In this document: piece by piece, positions 26,316-41,200 of the stretch
Layout: every line of letters begins with the position of its first letter
Position numbering within the stretch: the stretch's first letter is position 1
From: Eledone cirrhosa
Taxonomy: Eukaryota
NCBI GenBank assembly: GCA_964016885.1
Contig: OZ024740.1
Span: 26,350,001 to 26,414,000 of the forward strand
Length of the DNA: 64,000 nucleotides
Direction of reading: 5' to 3'
Position numbers and translations under genes: made by a program
The notes under the pieces: generated by a model
What the model was told of the DNA's origin: nothing
Database searches by the model: none
The model's input: only the letters and a program-made list of their open reading frames with translations

Positions 26316-26321
26316 TATATT

Positions 26322-26389
<68 letters not shown>

Positions 26390-26520
26390 TATATACATAT
26401 ATAGATATATAGATATAGATATATTAATATATTTATGTATATATATATATATATATATAGATATTAATATTTTTATGTATATATATATTTATATATATAT
26501 ATTTATATATATATTAATAT
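26090..26520. repeat. (TA)n microsatellite, interrupted; 5' flank of PLE-2
   Basis: Directly visible. Confidence 0.95.
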
Positions 26521-29043
26521 ATACATTGCCAAATTACCTTCTTAAAACGCTGCCTAAAGAACAACATCATTCCAACCACCATCAGGAATATACATCTACC
26601 CGAATGTTTACGATCACCATCCTTCGAAAACACCATCCGCCACATTCAACGCACGTTTATCAAGAAAATACTACGACACAACCACCACCAACTGCGACTC
26701 CATATACAAACGCTTTCCGAGCACATAGATCGTATAGCTCCAACCCTCACCCCTGACCACCAGGTCCAGGAAATACGCAAAGCTATCGATCAGTGTTACC
26801 ACACCAGAGTCAAATATGATAAACAGCGCCTTATACGGAAATACAAATGGACTGTAAACAAATACTACAATGACAACATCCGCTCCCACAGACGGACCGA
26901 CTACAACCACACCAGGGGGAACAGCTATACAACACCCTCCGCTACACCCCCCAACATCGATCTACCTACCAACGATGCTTCACACCTCGTTACCGACCTA
27001 AACGGTACCCTCACCAACGACGAACTCGAACTTCTGCGCCTCGGACCCAAGTTCATCATTACACAGCGTCTCGATGATAGACTGAAACTCGACATCGAAA
27101 CCAACTTCTGTCGGACAGCATATCAACTGAAATGGCTAACCGCCATCCAAAACAACACCGAGATCGATTACAACCCCACAACCCACCCCACACTCCCCAC
27201 GTATCACCTCGACAACCCACTCCACCCCCCACCCACCAACCACGAACTTGACACTAAACTACTCAGGTTGAAACATTCTATCTCTAACATCCTTTCCTAA
27301 CACACACACACACACAATAAACGCAACCTCACCAATGCACAATTTAATACTCTCACCAACCTAAGATCCAGGAACCCTGTGTACCTTCCCTCTGACAAGG
27401 GGAAAGAATTCTGTGTCATCTCGAGAGAGACCTACAACAACTTAGCTCTCCGACATCTTAATGACCACAGCCTCTACTAGAAAGTCACAGGGACCTCCTC
27501 GACTCTAATCGAGGAAGGCATTAACACCATATGGACTAACATCTGTGTCCAACGAAAACTGCCAAAGAAGGTAAAAAACAATATAATAACTCGAAACAGC
27601 AAACTACCCACCTTCTACCACCTGGTTAAAACACATAAACAAGGACCCGATTTGAAAATCAGGCCCATTGTCTCTAGCGTGGAGGGCCCACTCTACAAAA
27701 TATCGTGGCTGCTCTCCACACTACTGAAACCCATTCTACACACACTACCAGCCCACGTCTGCAGCTCAAAGGAGGTCTTGGAGCGACTACACCATCTGGC
27801 GCCCAACACCAGAAAGGACAACGGTTATGCCTTCAGTCTTGATGTGGTCGCCCTTTATACCTCCGTACCAGCATCCCCAGCTGTGGACTTGTTGACCGAA
27901 CGAGTCCGAGCATCTAACTTACACTGCTTCGGACTCACACACACGGAGATCCACCAACTCCTCTCCTTCGTTGTGGATAATGCACTCTTCAATTTCCTCG
28001 GCCACACGTACAAACAAATCTCTGGGCTACCTATGGGCTCTAGTCTGTCCAGCATACTTGCGATCTCGTACATGGACCACCTGGAACGCAAGGCACTCAA
28101 TACCTGCCAACCCAACGCCGTCGCCTTCTACTCCAGATACGTTGATGACATCCTGATACTTACTTCTTCCCGGGAGATGGCGAATGAAATTCACCAAATC
28201 TTCAACGATACTGACCATCACGTCGATTTCACCATCGAACACCCAGGAGAAGACGGGTCACTCGCCCTCCTCGACTTCCGTATCAACATCTCGGAAGAAG
28301 GAGACATAAACACCACCTTCTACCGCAAAGCAGCGTGCAAGGACTTATTTGTGCATTACAACTCAGCCCTCCCCAACAACGCTAAGAGAGGCTATGTCCT
28401 AAATGAACTGACACGGATCACTAACAGATGCAGCGACCCGATGGGTGGTCTCATCCATACCACGCAATTCCATAATCTACTCAGATCTAATGGTTATCCC
28501 AAGCGACTGATTAACGGAATTAGAGACCCCAGACCCAATAGACAGACACCCACTAGAAACTCAAATAAAAGCAGGTGCTTCTTTAAAATCCCCCACCTGA
28601 GTGAATATACCACGAACGCCATCCGCAGGGCCATACGGACGGAGGGACTTGACATACATCTGGCCCACACAGGACCTTTGCTGCGAAGATGCCTCTCCAA
28701 CAAACCCGACGAGTCAGATGGGACGTGTTCCCTCAGCAACTGCCCGATACGGGGGGCAGATTGCCTACGCACCTATGTCGTATATAAGATTCAATGCGAT
28801 AAATGTAACAAGTTTTACATAGGTAGCACCATCCGACCCCTACATGTTCGTATCAAGGAACATATCAACACCAACGCATCTTCCTTCCGTAAACACATCC
28901 TTAAATGCGGAAACCCACAGGGTAGACCCTTGGTCACAGTCCTAGCGACTGAACGCAGCATCGGATCCTTAAGGATAAAGGAAGCACTTGTTATTAAGAA
29001 CCTCAGACCCCACTTAACAACCGGGCTGAGAGAAATGAGCTGA
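26521..29043 (+). pseudogene. PLE-2 ORF: RT plus GIY-YIG endonuclease, one frame with two premature stops
   Basis: Same frame from 26521: [117 protein letters not shown]. Stops are TAA at 27298 and TAG at 27478. The uninterrupted part is 27652-29043. Confidence 0.93.
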
Positions 29044-29119
29044 CATGGCTAACTTAACCATAGTGACCATTCACAGCCCTTACGGCCTGCTATTTTCACA
29101 CACACGCACGTATATGCAT

Positions 29120-29400
29120 ACCCATACGCATACACACACACACATCTATATTTATACACGCACACATGTTTTTACAACCTACCACCTTTCACACCCTTTG
29201 ATTTCCAGCTTCTACAGCCCACTATCTTTCACACACACACGCACTCACACATATACACACACAGTTACACACACATGTATACCCATACGCTTACACACAC
29301 ACATCTATATTTATACACGCACACATGTTTTACAACCTACCACCTTTCACACCCTTTGATTTCCAGCTTCTACAGCCCACTATGTTTCACACACACACAC
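29120..29400 (+). repeat. Two direct copies of about 110 bp in the PLE-2 3' region
   Basis: acccatacgc...catctatatttatacacgcacacatg...cagcttctacagcccactat occurs near 29120 and again at 29281. Confidence 0.9.
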
Positions 29401-29662
29401 ACACTCACACATATACACACTTACACATATACACACACATATATATTTACACACACATATTTTACGGCTTTCACACGCTAGCGCACCCTCTTGATTTAAC
29501 CCATTTGGTCAGTAGCTTTTGCCACAGCCTATCACGCGCATGCGCATTCTTTCCCTCGTTTAAATTTTAAATAATTTTCTCCCCATAACGGCATTCCTGT
29601 CTTAACGACATCACAACTTTCTCCGCCTAGCCTGTTTCCCCCCCCCCCCCCCTTTTGGAACT

Positions 29663-29699
29663 TTCCCCCGTTGATGGGCGTGAGCCCGAAATATTGGGA
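29663..29699 (+). ncRNA. Decayed minimal hammerhead-like motif in the PLE-2 3' end
   Basis: tccc CCGTTGA t gggc-gtga-gccc GAAA tatt ggga. Two mismatches to CTGATGA, with the same geometry as the motif at 20135. Confidence 0.45.
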
Positions 29700-29852
29700 T
29701 TAAATCTCCACTACGGTAACCCTTCTACCTTTGTTTTGTTTTCATCTTTGTCTCTCTCAATTTTCACTTTCTCCTGTTTCTCCTATCTATCATTCACTTC
29801 CTACCTCGAGATTTCCCTCTGCATTGTTGTGGCTTTCTAAACTACGTATTTT

Positions 29853-30720
<868 letters not shown>

Positions 30721-31260
30721 TGTGTGTGTCTTCATGTGTGTATAAATATGTTGTCACTTGCCTAAATATATATATGCCACTCTAACCGAAGACTCTATCC
30801 ACCAACACGACCCAACACCAACACCAGCCTCAATAACATCTGTTCTCACAACAACTACCAACCCCCACCTACTATAACTACTACCACTCCTTATTATTAT
30901 ATCATAGTGAACATTCCTCTACCTTGAAACAAAGCGATATCCAATAATAACGCGCCACTATATCTCGTGTGATATTCAATAATGAATACTGTCACGATAA
31001 TAAAAGCCTTGTAGTGTTATATTATGATATCTAACTAATAATTACGTATTAATATAACAACGTGATTCTCTGCTCTTACCAACAGATAAATCTTAAACTC
31101 TAACACAACTTCGCTCCAAACCAACCTTGCCAAACTGCCAATTTGGAAATCTACCAAAAATGCAAATCACTTCATTTCTCAAGCAATCGCGCAAACACAG
31201 TCTCACGCACATGCACAAAAATAGACATATTCACACACACACACGCACACACACACACAT

Positions 31261-31292
<32 letters not shown>

Positions 31293-31294
31293 CC

Positions 31295-31341
<47 letters not shown>

Positions 31342-32462
31342 CATATATATATATACATATATATATATACACACACACACACTCATATATATACACACAC
31401 ACACACTCACACATATATATATATATTCACACACACATCGCATATATATATATTTATACATTTTGTTTCTATGGGAGATGCACATTATGTATGTGTAAAA
31501 ATATGTGCGTGTGTGATTGTGTGAAATTCCTTAAGATTATTGGTTTCTCCAGAACGAAAATTATCGGTGTCATTGCCAAAGACAGTAAACTAAATGTTAC
31601 ACTTGCAGAACAATTCCACAAGTCTGTTAGTTGGCATAAATGAAGTTTATAGTACGATATACGGGGCGAACAAAACATCAGACATAGTTGGCTAACAAAC
31701 CAGTACTTATCAAAAATTAAAGGTACTTCTGCAAGCTAAAGATTCTTCTATCTGTATATAATAACATTGTTAGCTTTGTACATTAGCAATCAACGAACAG
31801 CATGTTAGTAACAAATACATTTCTTAATAATAATTTCACTCTCAGATCTAGAACAGACGCTGTTCTATTGAATCTCAGTGTATCATCTACAACAAAGTCT
31901 GCAAAACTTACTCATCTCTTTCTCTTCTGGCATGCATACTCTGCATCTCCTATATTATTTCGCCAGTCTCTTCACTAAAACTTAAACAATTCTTCCTTAG
32001 TACTTAATCCACATGTATAATTTACCTATTAAAGATTTTCCCCTCCGAGATTTGCTTGGAAACATCTTGCAGACTGAATCCGTCACTCCTCGATTTAAAA
32101 CCATCACCTTGTCCAAAGAAGTCTTTAGTGAAGTTCAGTCTGATGCAAGCATTGGAAGTAGATCTCCGTTGTAAAGATACCTGCCTAATCCCACCCCACA
32201 GATTTCTGAGGCGCTGAAAAGTCTTATATGACAGTGCCTTTCCTCACTGAATAAATAGTAAATTAACTAGAGTTTAGATGAATATCAGCCACATCTATAT
32301 CGTTAGCCACGTGGAGCTTGCAAAGATCAAGAAAGGAAATCTGTATTACATAGATTAAACCGTATAAAATGTTTATCGACTGTATAAATGTAGCTCAAAG
32401 TTGTTCTATGAATGAACTGTACATTAGCAAAAATTCGTTTTCACAATGTTTACTAAGTTATC

Positions 32463-32625
32463 GAGGTGAGCAACTGGAAGATTCGTTAGAATATCGGATA
32501 TAATGCTTTGTGATACTCGTTTCGGCTCTCTACTCTCTGCGGCGTTCAAATCCCACCGAGGTCAATTTTACCTTTCATCTAATGGAGGTAGATAAAAAAA
32601 AAGTAGCAGTCTAGAAATGGGGTAG
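32463..32625 (+). mobile_element. Degenerate tRNA-derived SINE (MetaSINE-like core)
   Basis: gttcaaatcccaccgaggtcaattttacctttcatct...gataaa...aagtagcagt matches the other copies in this window. Confidence 0.7.
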
Positions 32626-33199
32626 ATTCTTCCACTATATCTATTTCTCACTTCCTATCTCTCATTCTCTCTATCCTTCTCTGGAAGAAATCTGCTGCAT
32701 TCAGACCTGGGAAGGATATGGGCTCTGCCAGGTTTTTAAATAAATTCCCTAGAAAGTCTGTATGTCAAAATGGAGCCACTACAACTCTCTCGGGAGATTT
32801 TGGACCATTCATGCTAGGGTATCATCCTATATTAAAGTCTCTCCGGTTGTATATCTGAATCACAAACATGTGCAACTGACCAACACTATAGAATCATTTC
32901 ATGAGGGTTTTATGGTTTTGAAATGACAATCTTAATTCACAGAATCATCAACAATAAGAATTATATTGTGCCTTTACATATCGCAAGAATACCTATTGCC
33001 TATGGGTGACGGCTGAGATTTAGAGACGAGTTGGGTGGTATTATACTTCATAATATAAAGGGACGTAACTAAATACTTTTGTTTTCCAGTGTAATGATTA
33101 TTCACGGTTATATCAGTTACTGGTCAAATATTTGAGCAATAAACGGAATTTGTATTCATAATAACCTACATCTTTTGAAAAGTAGAAATAACGGGCAAA

Positions 33200-33598
33200 A
33201 TGGAATTCCTCCGAAGGTTCTGTGGAGTAACGTTACTTGATGAAGTGCATAGCTCGGAGATCAGAGAGGCACTCCATGTAGAGACACTATCTCTCCGAAT
33301 TGAGAGATCACAGCTCCGATACTATGGGCATGTGGTTAGAATGTCTCAGGAAAGAATTGCTGGATAGATTTTACGAGCATAATCAACCCGCAGGAGAGCC
33401 AGGGGTAGACCCCGAGCAAGATGCTTGGATAATATCCCTAACCTTGGCTGGTTGCGCTTGAAGATCCAGCCGGATCAGTTGTAGACGGTTGCTTCTGACA
33501 GCACTCCCTGGAAGTAGTGTTTGAGTACTCTGCGCCCACGACCCTCTCAGGAATACGTGGTCGAAGAAGAAGAAGAAGAAGAAGAAGAAGAAGAAGAA
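33200..33598 (+). mobile_element. RTE/Expander-like LINE 3' fragment with (GAA)n tail
   Basis: Translates MEFLRRFCGVTLLDEVHSSEIREALHVETLSLRIERSQLRYYGHVVRMSQERIAG*ILRA*STRRRARGRPRARCLDNI and ends in (GAA)n at about 33563-33598. Confidence 0.88.
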
Positions 33599-34563
33599 AT
33601 ATATCTCAGAAGACATTTTATCCATCTGTGAACGGATTATGGCTAAGTATCATATTTACTGATTAAATATTACGAAACACGTGGAATTTCCTTCTTTTTT
33701 TTTGTCTTCATATCGCTGTGTGTAACGTGAATATGTCACCAGTAGGTGAAGTTGGAGATCTCTAGTAAAGCACAAGCATGCATTAGTGTCACCATGTTGC
33801 TTTTGAGCGTCTCAGCTCTTTTGATAATCCAACGCTGGCACGTTCTTCTATATAACTTCATTCTGTTTTTGTCAGCTGCTTACTAGAAACATCTTATCTC
33901 ACGTATTGGGAATGTTTGCTCTAAGGCTTTGTTCAGAGTCCAGATTTGTCACTGATAGATGAGGATGGAGACGAAGATAGTGTTTATCACTGTGGCAAAA
34001 TCACTCAGCTATCAACTACGAGAACCCAAGCATACCTATAGAAACGGAAATTGCATTTGTAATAAATTACATCATTATTAACAACAGATATAATTAATGT
34101 CACCAATGAAAACGTAATGATAGATGAACAGCGAATATATATAAATACACACACACACATATATAATTTACATATATATATTATATACATAGATATATAT
34201 TTATATATATGTATGTATATATAAATATATGTGTGTATATATATATATATATATACATATATATACATAAATATACATATACGTATATATATATATATAA
34301 TGTATATATATATATACATCGGTGTGAGAGGGAGTCTTTGGGTGTGTGTTTGTGTGTGTGTAATCATATTTCTGTTTGTGGATATATCCATATGCATTTT
34401 CTGTTTATGTGTGTGTGTGTTTGTTTGTGTTTGGGATTGTGAGCGTGTGTGTACATATATGTGTATGTCTCTGTATGCTTTTTCTGTAGATGTGTATATT
34501 TCAATAATTGCCAGAATGATGGATATTATAACTGCATAGCAAATCCACATGTATTGTTCAAAT

Positions 34564-34693
<130 letters not shown>

Positions 34694-35064
34694 TACTCAT
34701 ACACAGTTTTATTCACTCGCAAACACACCGTTATATACATACATGAGGGCCATTATCTCATACACATATTTTCTACTGCTATGCACAAATATATAGATTC
34801 ATACTTAGCTTCTACATCCAAACACCTGCGATAACACACACTTTGTTTCCTACAACAACCACACCTATACACACACCTATATACACATATATGCATACAA
34901 AAGCACATGTACACAAACGCGCATGAAAATATTACGATCTTTTTAAACACATTACAATGCTTCCACACTACCAGATAATTTTCCTAGGGCAATCAATTCC
35001 GGTTAAAAACAATCTACAGCGCATTAATTTCTCTCCCTGAAACTTACAGCAAAGAGTTACGGCC

Positions 35065-35187
35065 CTTTATGGTCTGAGTTCAAATCCTTCCGATCTTAAC
35101 TGGCCTTTCATCCTTACGGGGTCGATAAAATAAAGTACCAGTAATACACTGGGGTAATTGCTGGCCTTGTTCCAAAAGTAGAAACAA
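35065..35187 (+). mobile_element. 5'-truncated tRNA-derived SINE directly abutting the satellite
   Basis: ctttatggtctgagttcaaat...gcctttcatccttacggggtcgataaaataaagtaccagtaatacactggggtaattgctggccttg...agtagaaacaa. Close match to the copy at 17691. Confidence 0.85.
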
Positions 35188-35210
35188 TTCATTTCTCTCC
35201 CTCCTTGATG

Positions 35211-38200
35211 ATCACCAGTATGGTTGTCATAAACACAGTACTACAGGAGAACTGCTCATCTCTGTCAATCACCAGTATGGTTGTCATAAACCCAGTACTA
35301 CAGGAGAACTGGTCATCTCTGTCAATCACCAGTATGGTTGTCATAAACCCAGTACTACAGGAGAACTGGTCATCTCTGTCAATCACCAGTATGGTTGTCA
35401 TAAACCCAGTACTACAGGAGAACTGGTCATCTCTGTCAATCACCAGTATGGTTGTCATAAACCCAGTACTACAGGAGAACTGCTCATCTCTGTTAATCAC
35501 CAGTATGGTTGTCATAAAACCAGTACTACAGGAGAACTGGTCATCTCTGTCAATCACCAGTATGGTTGTCATAAAACCAGTACTACAGGAGAACTGGTCA
35601 TCTCTGTCAATCACCAGTATGGTTGTCATAAAACCAGTACTACAGGAGAACTGGTCATCTCTGTCAATCACCAGTATGGTTGTCATAAAACCAGTACTAC
35701 AGGAGAACTGGTCATCTCTGTCAATCACCAGTATGGTTGTCATAAAACCAGTACTACAGGAGAACTGGTCATCTCTGTCAATCATCAGTATGGTTGTCAT
35801 AAAACCAGTACTACAGGAGAACTGGTCATCTCTGTCAATCATCAGTATGGTTGTCATAAAACCAGTACTACAGGAGAACTGGTCATCTCTGTCAATCACC
35901 AGTATGGTTGTCATAAAACCAGTACTACAGGAGAACTGGTCATCTCTGTCAATCACCAGTATGGTTGTCATAAAACCAGTACTACAGGAGAACTGGTCAT
36001 CTCTGTCAATCACCAGTATGGTTGTTATAAAATCAGTACTACAGGAGAACTGCTCATCTCTGTCTAATCACCAGTATGGTTGTCATAAAACCAGTACTAC
36101 AGGAGAACTGCTCATCTCTGTCAATCACCAGTATGGTTGTCATAAAACCAGTACTACAGGAGAACTGCTCATCTCTGTCAATCACCAGTATGGTTGTCAT
36201 AAAACCAGTACTACAGGAGAACTGGTCATCTCTGTCAATCACCAGTATGGTTGTCATAAAACCAGTACTACAGGAGAACTGCTCATCTCTGTCAATCAAC
36301 AGTATGGTTGTCATAAAACCAGTACTACAGGAGAACTGCTCATCTCTGTCAATCACCAGTATGGTTGTCATAAACCCAGTACTACATGAGAACTGCTCAT
36401 CTCTGTCAATCACCAGTATGGTTGTCATAAAACCAGTACTACAGGAGAACTGTTCATCTCTGTCAATCACCAGTATGGTTGTCATAAACCCAGTACTACA
36501 GGAGAACTGATCATCTCTGTCAATCACCAGTATGGTTGTCATAAAACCAGTACTACAGGAGAACTGCTCATCTCTGTCAATCACCAGTATGGTTGTCATA
36601 AACCCAGTACTACAGGAGAACTGATCATCTCTGTCAATCACCAGGATGGTTGTCATAAACCCAGTACTACAGGAGGACTGCTCATCTCTGTCAATCACCA
36701 GTATGGTTGTCATAAAACCAGTACTACAGGAGAACTGCTCATCTCTGTCAATCACCAGTATGGTTGTCATAAACCCAGTACAATAGGAGAACTGCTCATC
36801 TCTGTCAATCACCAGTATGGTTGTCATAAAACCAGTACTACAGGAGAACTGATCATCTCTGTCAATCACCAGTATGGTTGTCATAAAACCAGTACTACAG
36901 GAGAACTGCTCATCTCTGTCAATCACCAGTATCGTTGTCATAAACCCTGTACTACAGGAGAACTGATCATCTCTGTCAATCACCAGTATGGTTGTCATAA
37001 ACCCAGTACTACAGGAGAACTGATCATCTCTGTCAATCACCAGTATGGTTGTCATAAAACCAGTACTACAGGAGAACTGCTCATCTCTGTCAATCACCAG
37101 TATGGTTGTCATAAAACCAGTACTACAGGAGAACTGCTCATCTCTGCCAATCACCAGTATGGTTGTCATAAAACCAGTACTACAGGAGAACTGGTCATCT
37201 CTGTCAATCACCAGTATGGTTGTCATAAACCCAGTACTACAGAGAACTGCTCATCTCTGTCAATCACCAGTATGATTGTCATAAACCCAGTACTACAGGA
37301 GAACTGGTCATCTCTGTCAATCACCAGTATGGTTGTCATAAAACCAGTACTACAGGAGAACTGCTCATCTCTGTTAATCACCAGTATGGTTGTCATAAAA
37401 CCAGTACTACAGGAGAACGGGTCATCTCCGTCAATCACCAGTATGGTTGTCATAAAACCAGTACTACAGGAGAACTGGTCATCTCTGTCAATCACCAGTA
37501 TGGTTGTCATAAAACCAGTACTACAGGAGAACTGGTCATCTCTGTCAATCACCAGTATGGTTGTCATAAAACCAGTACTACAGGAGAACTGGTCATCTCT
37601 GTCAATCACCAGTATGGTTGTCATAAAACCAGTACTACAGGAGAACTGCTCATCTCTGTCAATCACAAGTATGGTTGTCATAAAACCAGTACTACAGGAG
37701 AACTGGTCATCTCTGTCAATCACCAGTATGGTTGTCATAAACCCAGTACTACAGGAGAACTGCTCATCTCTGTCAATCACCAGTATGGTTGTCATAAACC
37801 CAGTACTACAGGAGAACTGCTCATCTCTGTCAATCACCAGTATGGTTGTCATAAAACCAGTACTACAGGAGAACTGGTCATCTCTGTCAATCACCAGTAT
37901 GGTTGTCATAAACCCAGTACTACAGGAGAACTAATCATCTCTGTCAATCACCAGTATGGTTGTCATAAAACCAGTACTACAGGAGAACTGCTCGCCTCTG
38001 TCAATCACCAGTATGGTTGTCATAAACCCAGTACTACAGGAGAACTGATCATCTCTGTCAATCACCAGTATGGTTGTCATAAACCCAGTACTACAGGAGA
38101 ACTGATCATCTCAGTCAATCACCAGTATGGTTGTCATAAAACCAGTACTACAGGAGAACTGCTCATCTCTGTCAATCACCAGTATGGTTGTCATAAAACC

Positions 38201-41200
38201 AGTACTACAGGAGAACTGGTCATCTCTGTCAATCACCAGTATGGTTGTCATAAAACCAGTACTACCGGAGAACTGCTCATCTCTGTTAATCACCAGTATG
38301 GTTGTCATAAAACCAGTACTACAGGAGAACTGGTCATCTCTGTCAATCACCAGTATGGTTGTCATAAAACCAGTACTACAGGAGAACTGGTCATCTCTGA
38401 CAATCACCAGTATGGTTGTCATAAAACCAGTACTACAGGAGAACTGGTCATCTCTGTCAATCACCAGTATGGTTGTCATAAAACCAGTACTACAGGAGAA
38501 CTGCTCATCTCTGTCAATCACCAGTATGGTTGTCATAAAACCAGTACTACAGGAGAACTGGTCATCTCTGTCAATCACCAGTATGGTTGTCATAAACCCA
38601 GTACTACAGGAGAACTGCTCATCTCTGTCAATCACCATTATGGTTGTCATAAAACCAGTACTACAGGAGAACTGCTCATCTCTGTCAATCACCAATATGG
38701 TTGTCATAAAACCAGTACTACAGGAGAACTGCTCATCTCTGTCAATCACCAGTATGGTTGTCATAAACCCAGTACTACAGGAGAACTGCTCATCTCTGTC
38801 AATCACCAGTATGGTTGTCATAAACCCAGTACTACAGGAGAACTGCTCATCTCTGTCAATCACCAGTATGGTTGTCATAAACCCAGTACTACAGGAGAAC
38901 TGGTCATCTCTGTCAATCACCAGTATGGCTGTCATAAACCCAGTACTACAGGAGAACTGGTCATCTCTGTCAATCACCAGTATGGTTGTCATAAACCCAG
39001 TACTACAGGAGAACTGGTCATCTCTGTTAATCACCAGTATGGTTGTCAGAAAACCAGTACTACAGGAGAACTGCTCATCTCTCTCAATCACCAGTATGGT
39101 TGTCATAAAACCAGTACTACAGGAGAACTGGTCATCTCTGTCAATCACCAGTATGGTTGTCATAAAACCAGTACTACAGGAGAACTAGTCATCTCTGTCA
39201 ATCACCAGTATGGTTGTCATAAAACCAGTACTACAGGAGAACTGCTCATCTCTGTCAATCACCAGTATGGTTGTCATAAAACCAGTAATACAGGAGAACT
39301 GGTCATCTCTGTCAATCATCAGTATGGTTGTCATAAAACCAGTACTACAGGAGAACTGGTCATCTCTGTCAATCATCAGTATGGTTGTCATAAAACCAGT
39401 ACTACAGGAGAACTGGTCATCTCTGTCAATCACCATGATGGTTGTCATGAACCCAGTACTACAGGAGAACTCCTCATCTCTGTCAATCACCAGTATGGTT
39501 GTCATAAAACGAGTACTACAGGAGAACTGCTCATCTCTGTCAATCACCAGTATGGTTGTCATAAAACCAGTACTACATGAGAACTGCTCATCTCTGTCAA
39601 TCACCAGTATGGTTGTCATAAACCCAGTACTACAGGAGAACTGCTCATCTCTGTCAATCACCAGTATGGTTGTCATAAAACCAGTACTACAGGAGAACTG
39701 TTCATCTCTGTCAATCACCAGTATGGTTGTCATAAACCCAGTACTACAGGAGAACTGATCATCTCTGTCAATCACCAGTATGTTTGTCATAAAACCAGTA
39801 CTACAGGAGAACTGCTCATCTCTGTCAATCACCAGTATCGTTGTCATAAACCCAGTACTACAGGAGAACTGATCATCTCTGTCAATCACCAGTATGGTTG
39901 TCATAAACCCAGTACTACAGGAGAACTGATCATCTCTGTCAATCACCAGTATGGTTGTCATAAAACCAGTACTACAGGAGAACTGCTCATCTCTGTCAAT
40001 CACCAGTATGGTTGTCATAAAACCAGTACTACAGGAGAACTGCTCATCTCTGCCAATCACCAGTATGGTTGTCATAAAACCAGTACTACAGGAGAACTGG
40101 TCATCTCTGTCAATCACCAGTATGGTTGTCATAAACCCAGTACTACAGAGAACTGCTCATCTCTGTCAATCACCAGTATGATTGTCATAAACCCAGTACT
40201 ACAGGAGAACTGGTCATCTCTGTCAATCACCAGTATGGTTGTCATAAAACCAGTACTACAGGAGAACTGCTCATCTCTGTTAATCACCAGTATGGTTGTC
40301 ATAAAACCAGTACTACAGGAGAACTGCTCATCTCTGTCAATCACCAGTATGGTTGTCATAAAACCAGTACTACAGGAGAACTGCTCATCTCTGTCAATCA
40401 CCAGTATGGTTGTCATAAAACCAGTACTACAGGAGAACTGGTCATCTCTGTCAATCACCAGTATGGTTGTCATAAAACCAGTACTACAGGAGAACTGGTC
40501 ATCTCTGTCAATCACCAGTATGGTTGTCATAAAACCAGTACTACAGGAGAACTGGTCATCACTGTCAATCACCAGTATGGTTGTCATAAAACCAGTACTA
40601 CAGGAGAACTGCTCATCTCTGTCAATCACCAGTATGGTTGTCATAAAATCAGTACTACAGGAGAACTGGTCATCTCTGTCAATCACCAGTATGGTTGTCA
40701 TGAACCCAGTACTACAGGAGAACTCCTCATCTCTGTCAATCACCAGTATGGTTGTCATAAAACCAGTACTACAGGAGAACTGGTCATCTCTGTCAATCAC
40801 CAGTATGGTTGTCATAAAACCAGTACTACAGGAGAACTGGTCATCTCTGTCAATCACCAGTATGGTTGTCATAAAACCAGTACTACAGGAGAACTGGTCA
40901 TCTCTGTCAATCACCAGTATGGTTGTTATAAAATCAGTACTACAGGAGAACTGCTCATCTCTGTCTAATCACCAGTATGGTTGTCATAAAACCAGTACTA
41001 CAGGAGAACTGCTCATCTCTGTCAATCACCAGTATGGTTGTCATAAAACCAGTACTACAGGAGAACTGCTCATCTCTGTCAATCACCAGTATGGTTGTCA
41101 TAAAACCAGTACTACAGGAGAACTGGTCATCTCTGTCAATCACCAGTATGGTTGTCATAAAACCAGTACTACAGGAGAACTGCTCATCTCTGTCAATCAA

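Larger units (their letters stand above)
26521..29830 (+). mobile_element. Penelope-like retroelement (PLE-2), 5'-truncated, inserted in (TA)n
   Basis: C/A-rich coding strand, RT + GIY-YIG reading frame, a 3' region with a duplicated segment and a decayed hammerhead-like motif, and (TA)n on both sides. Confidence 0.9.
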
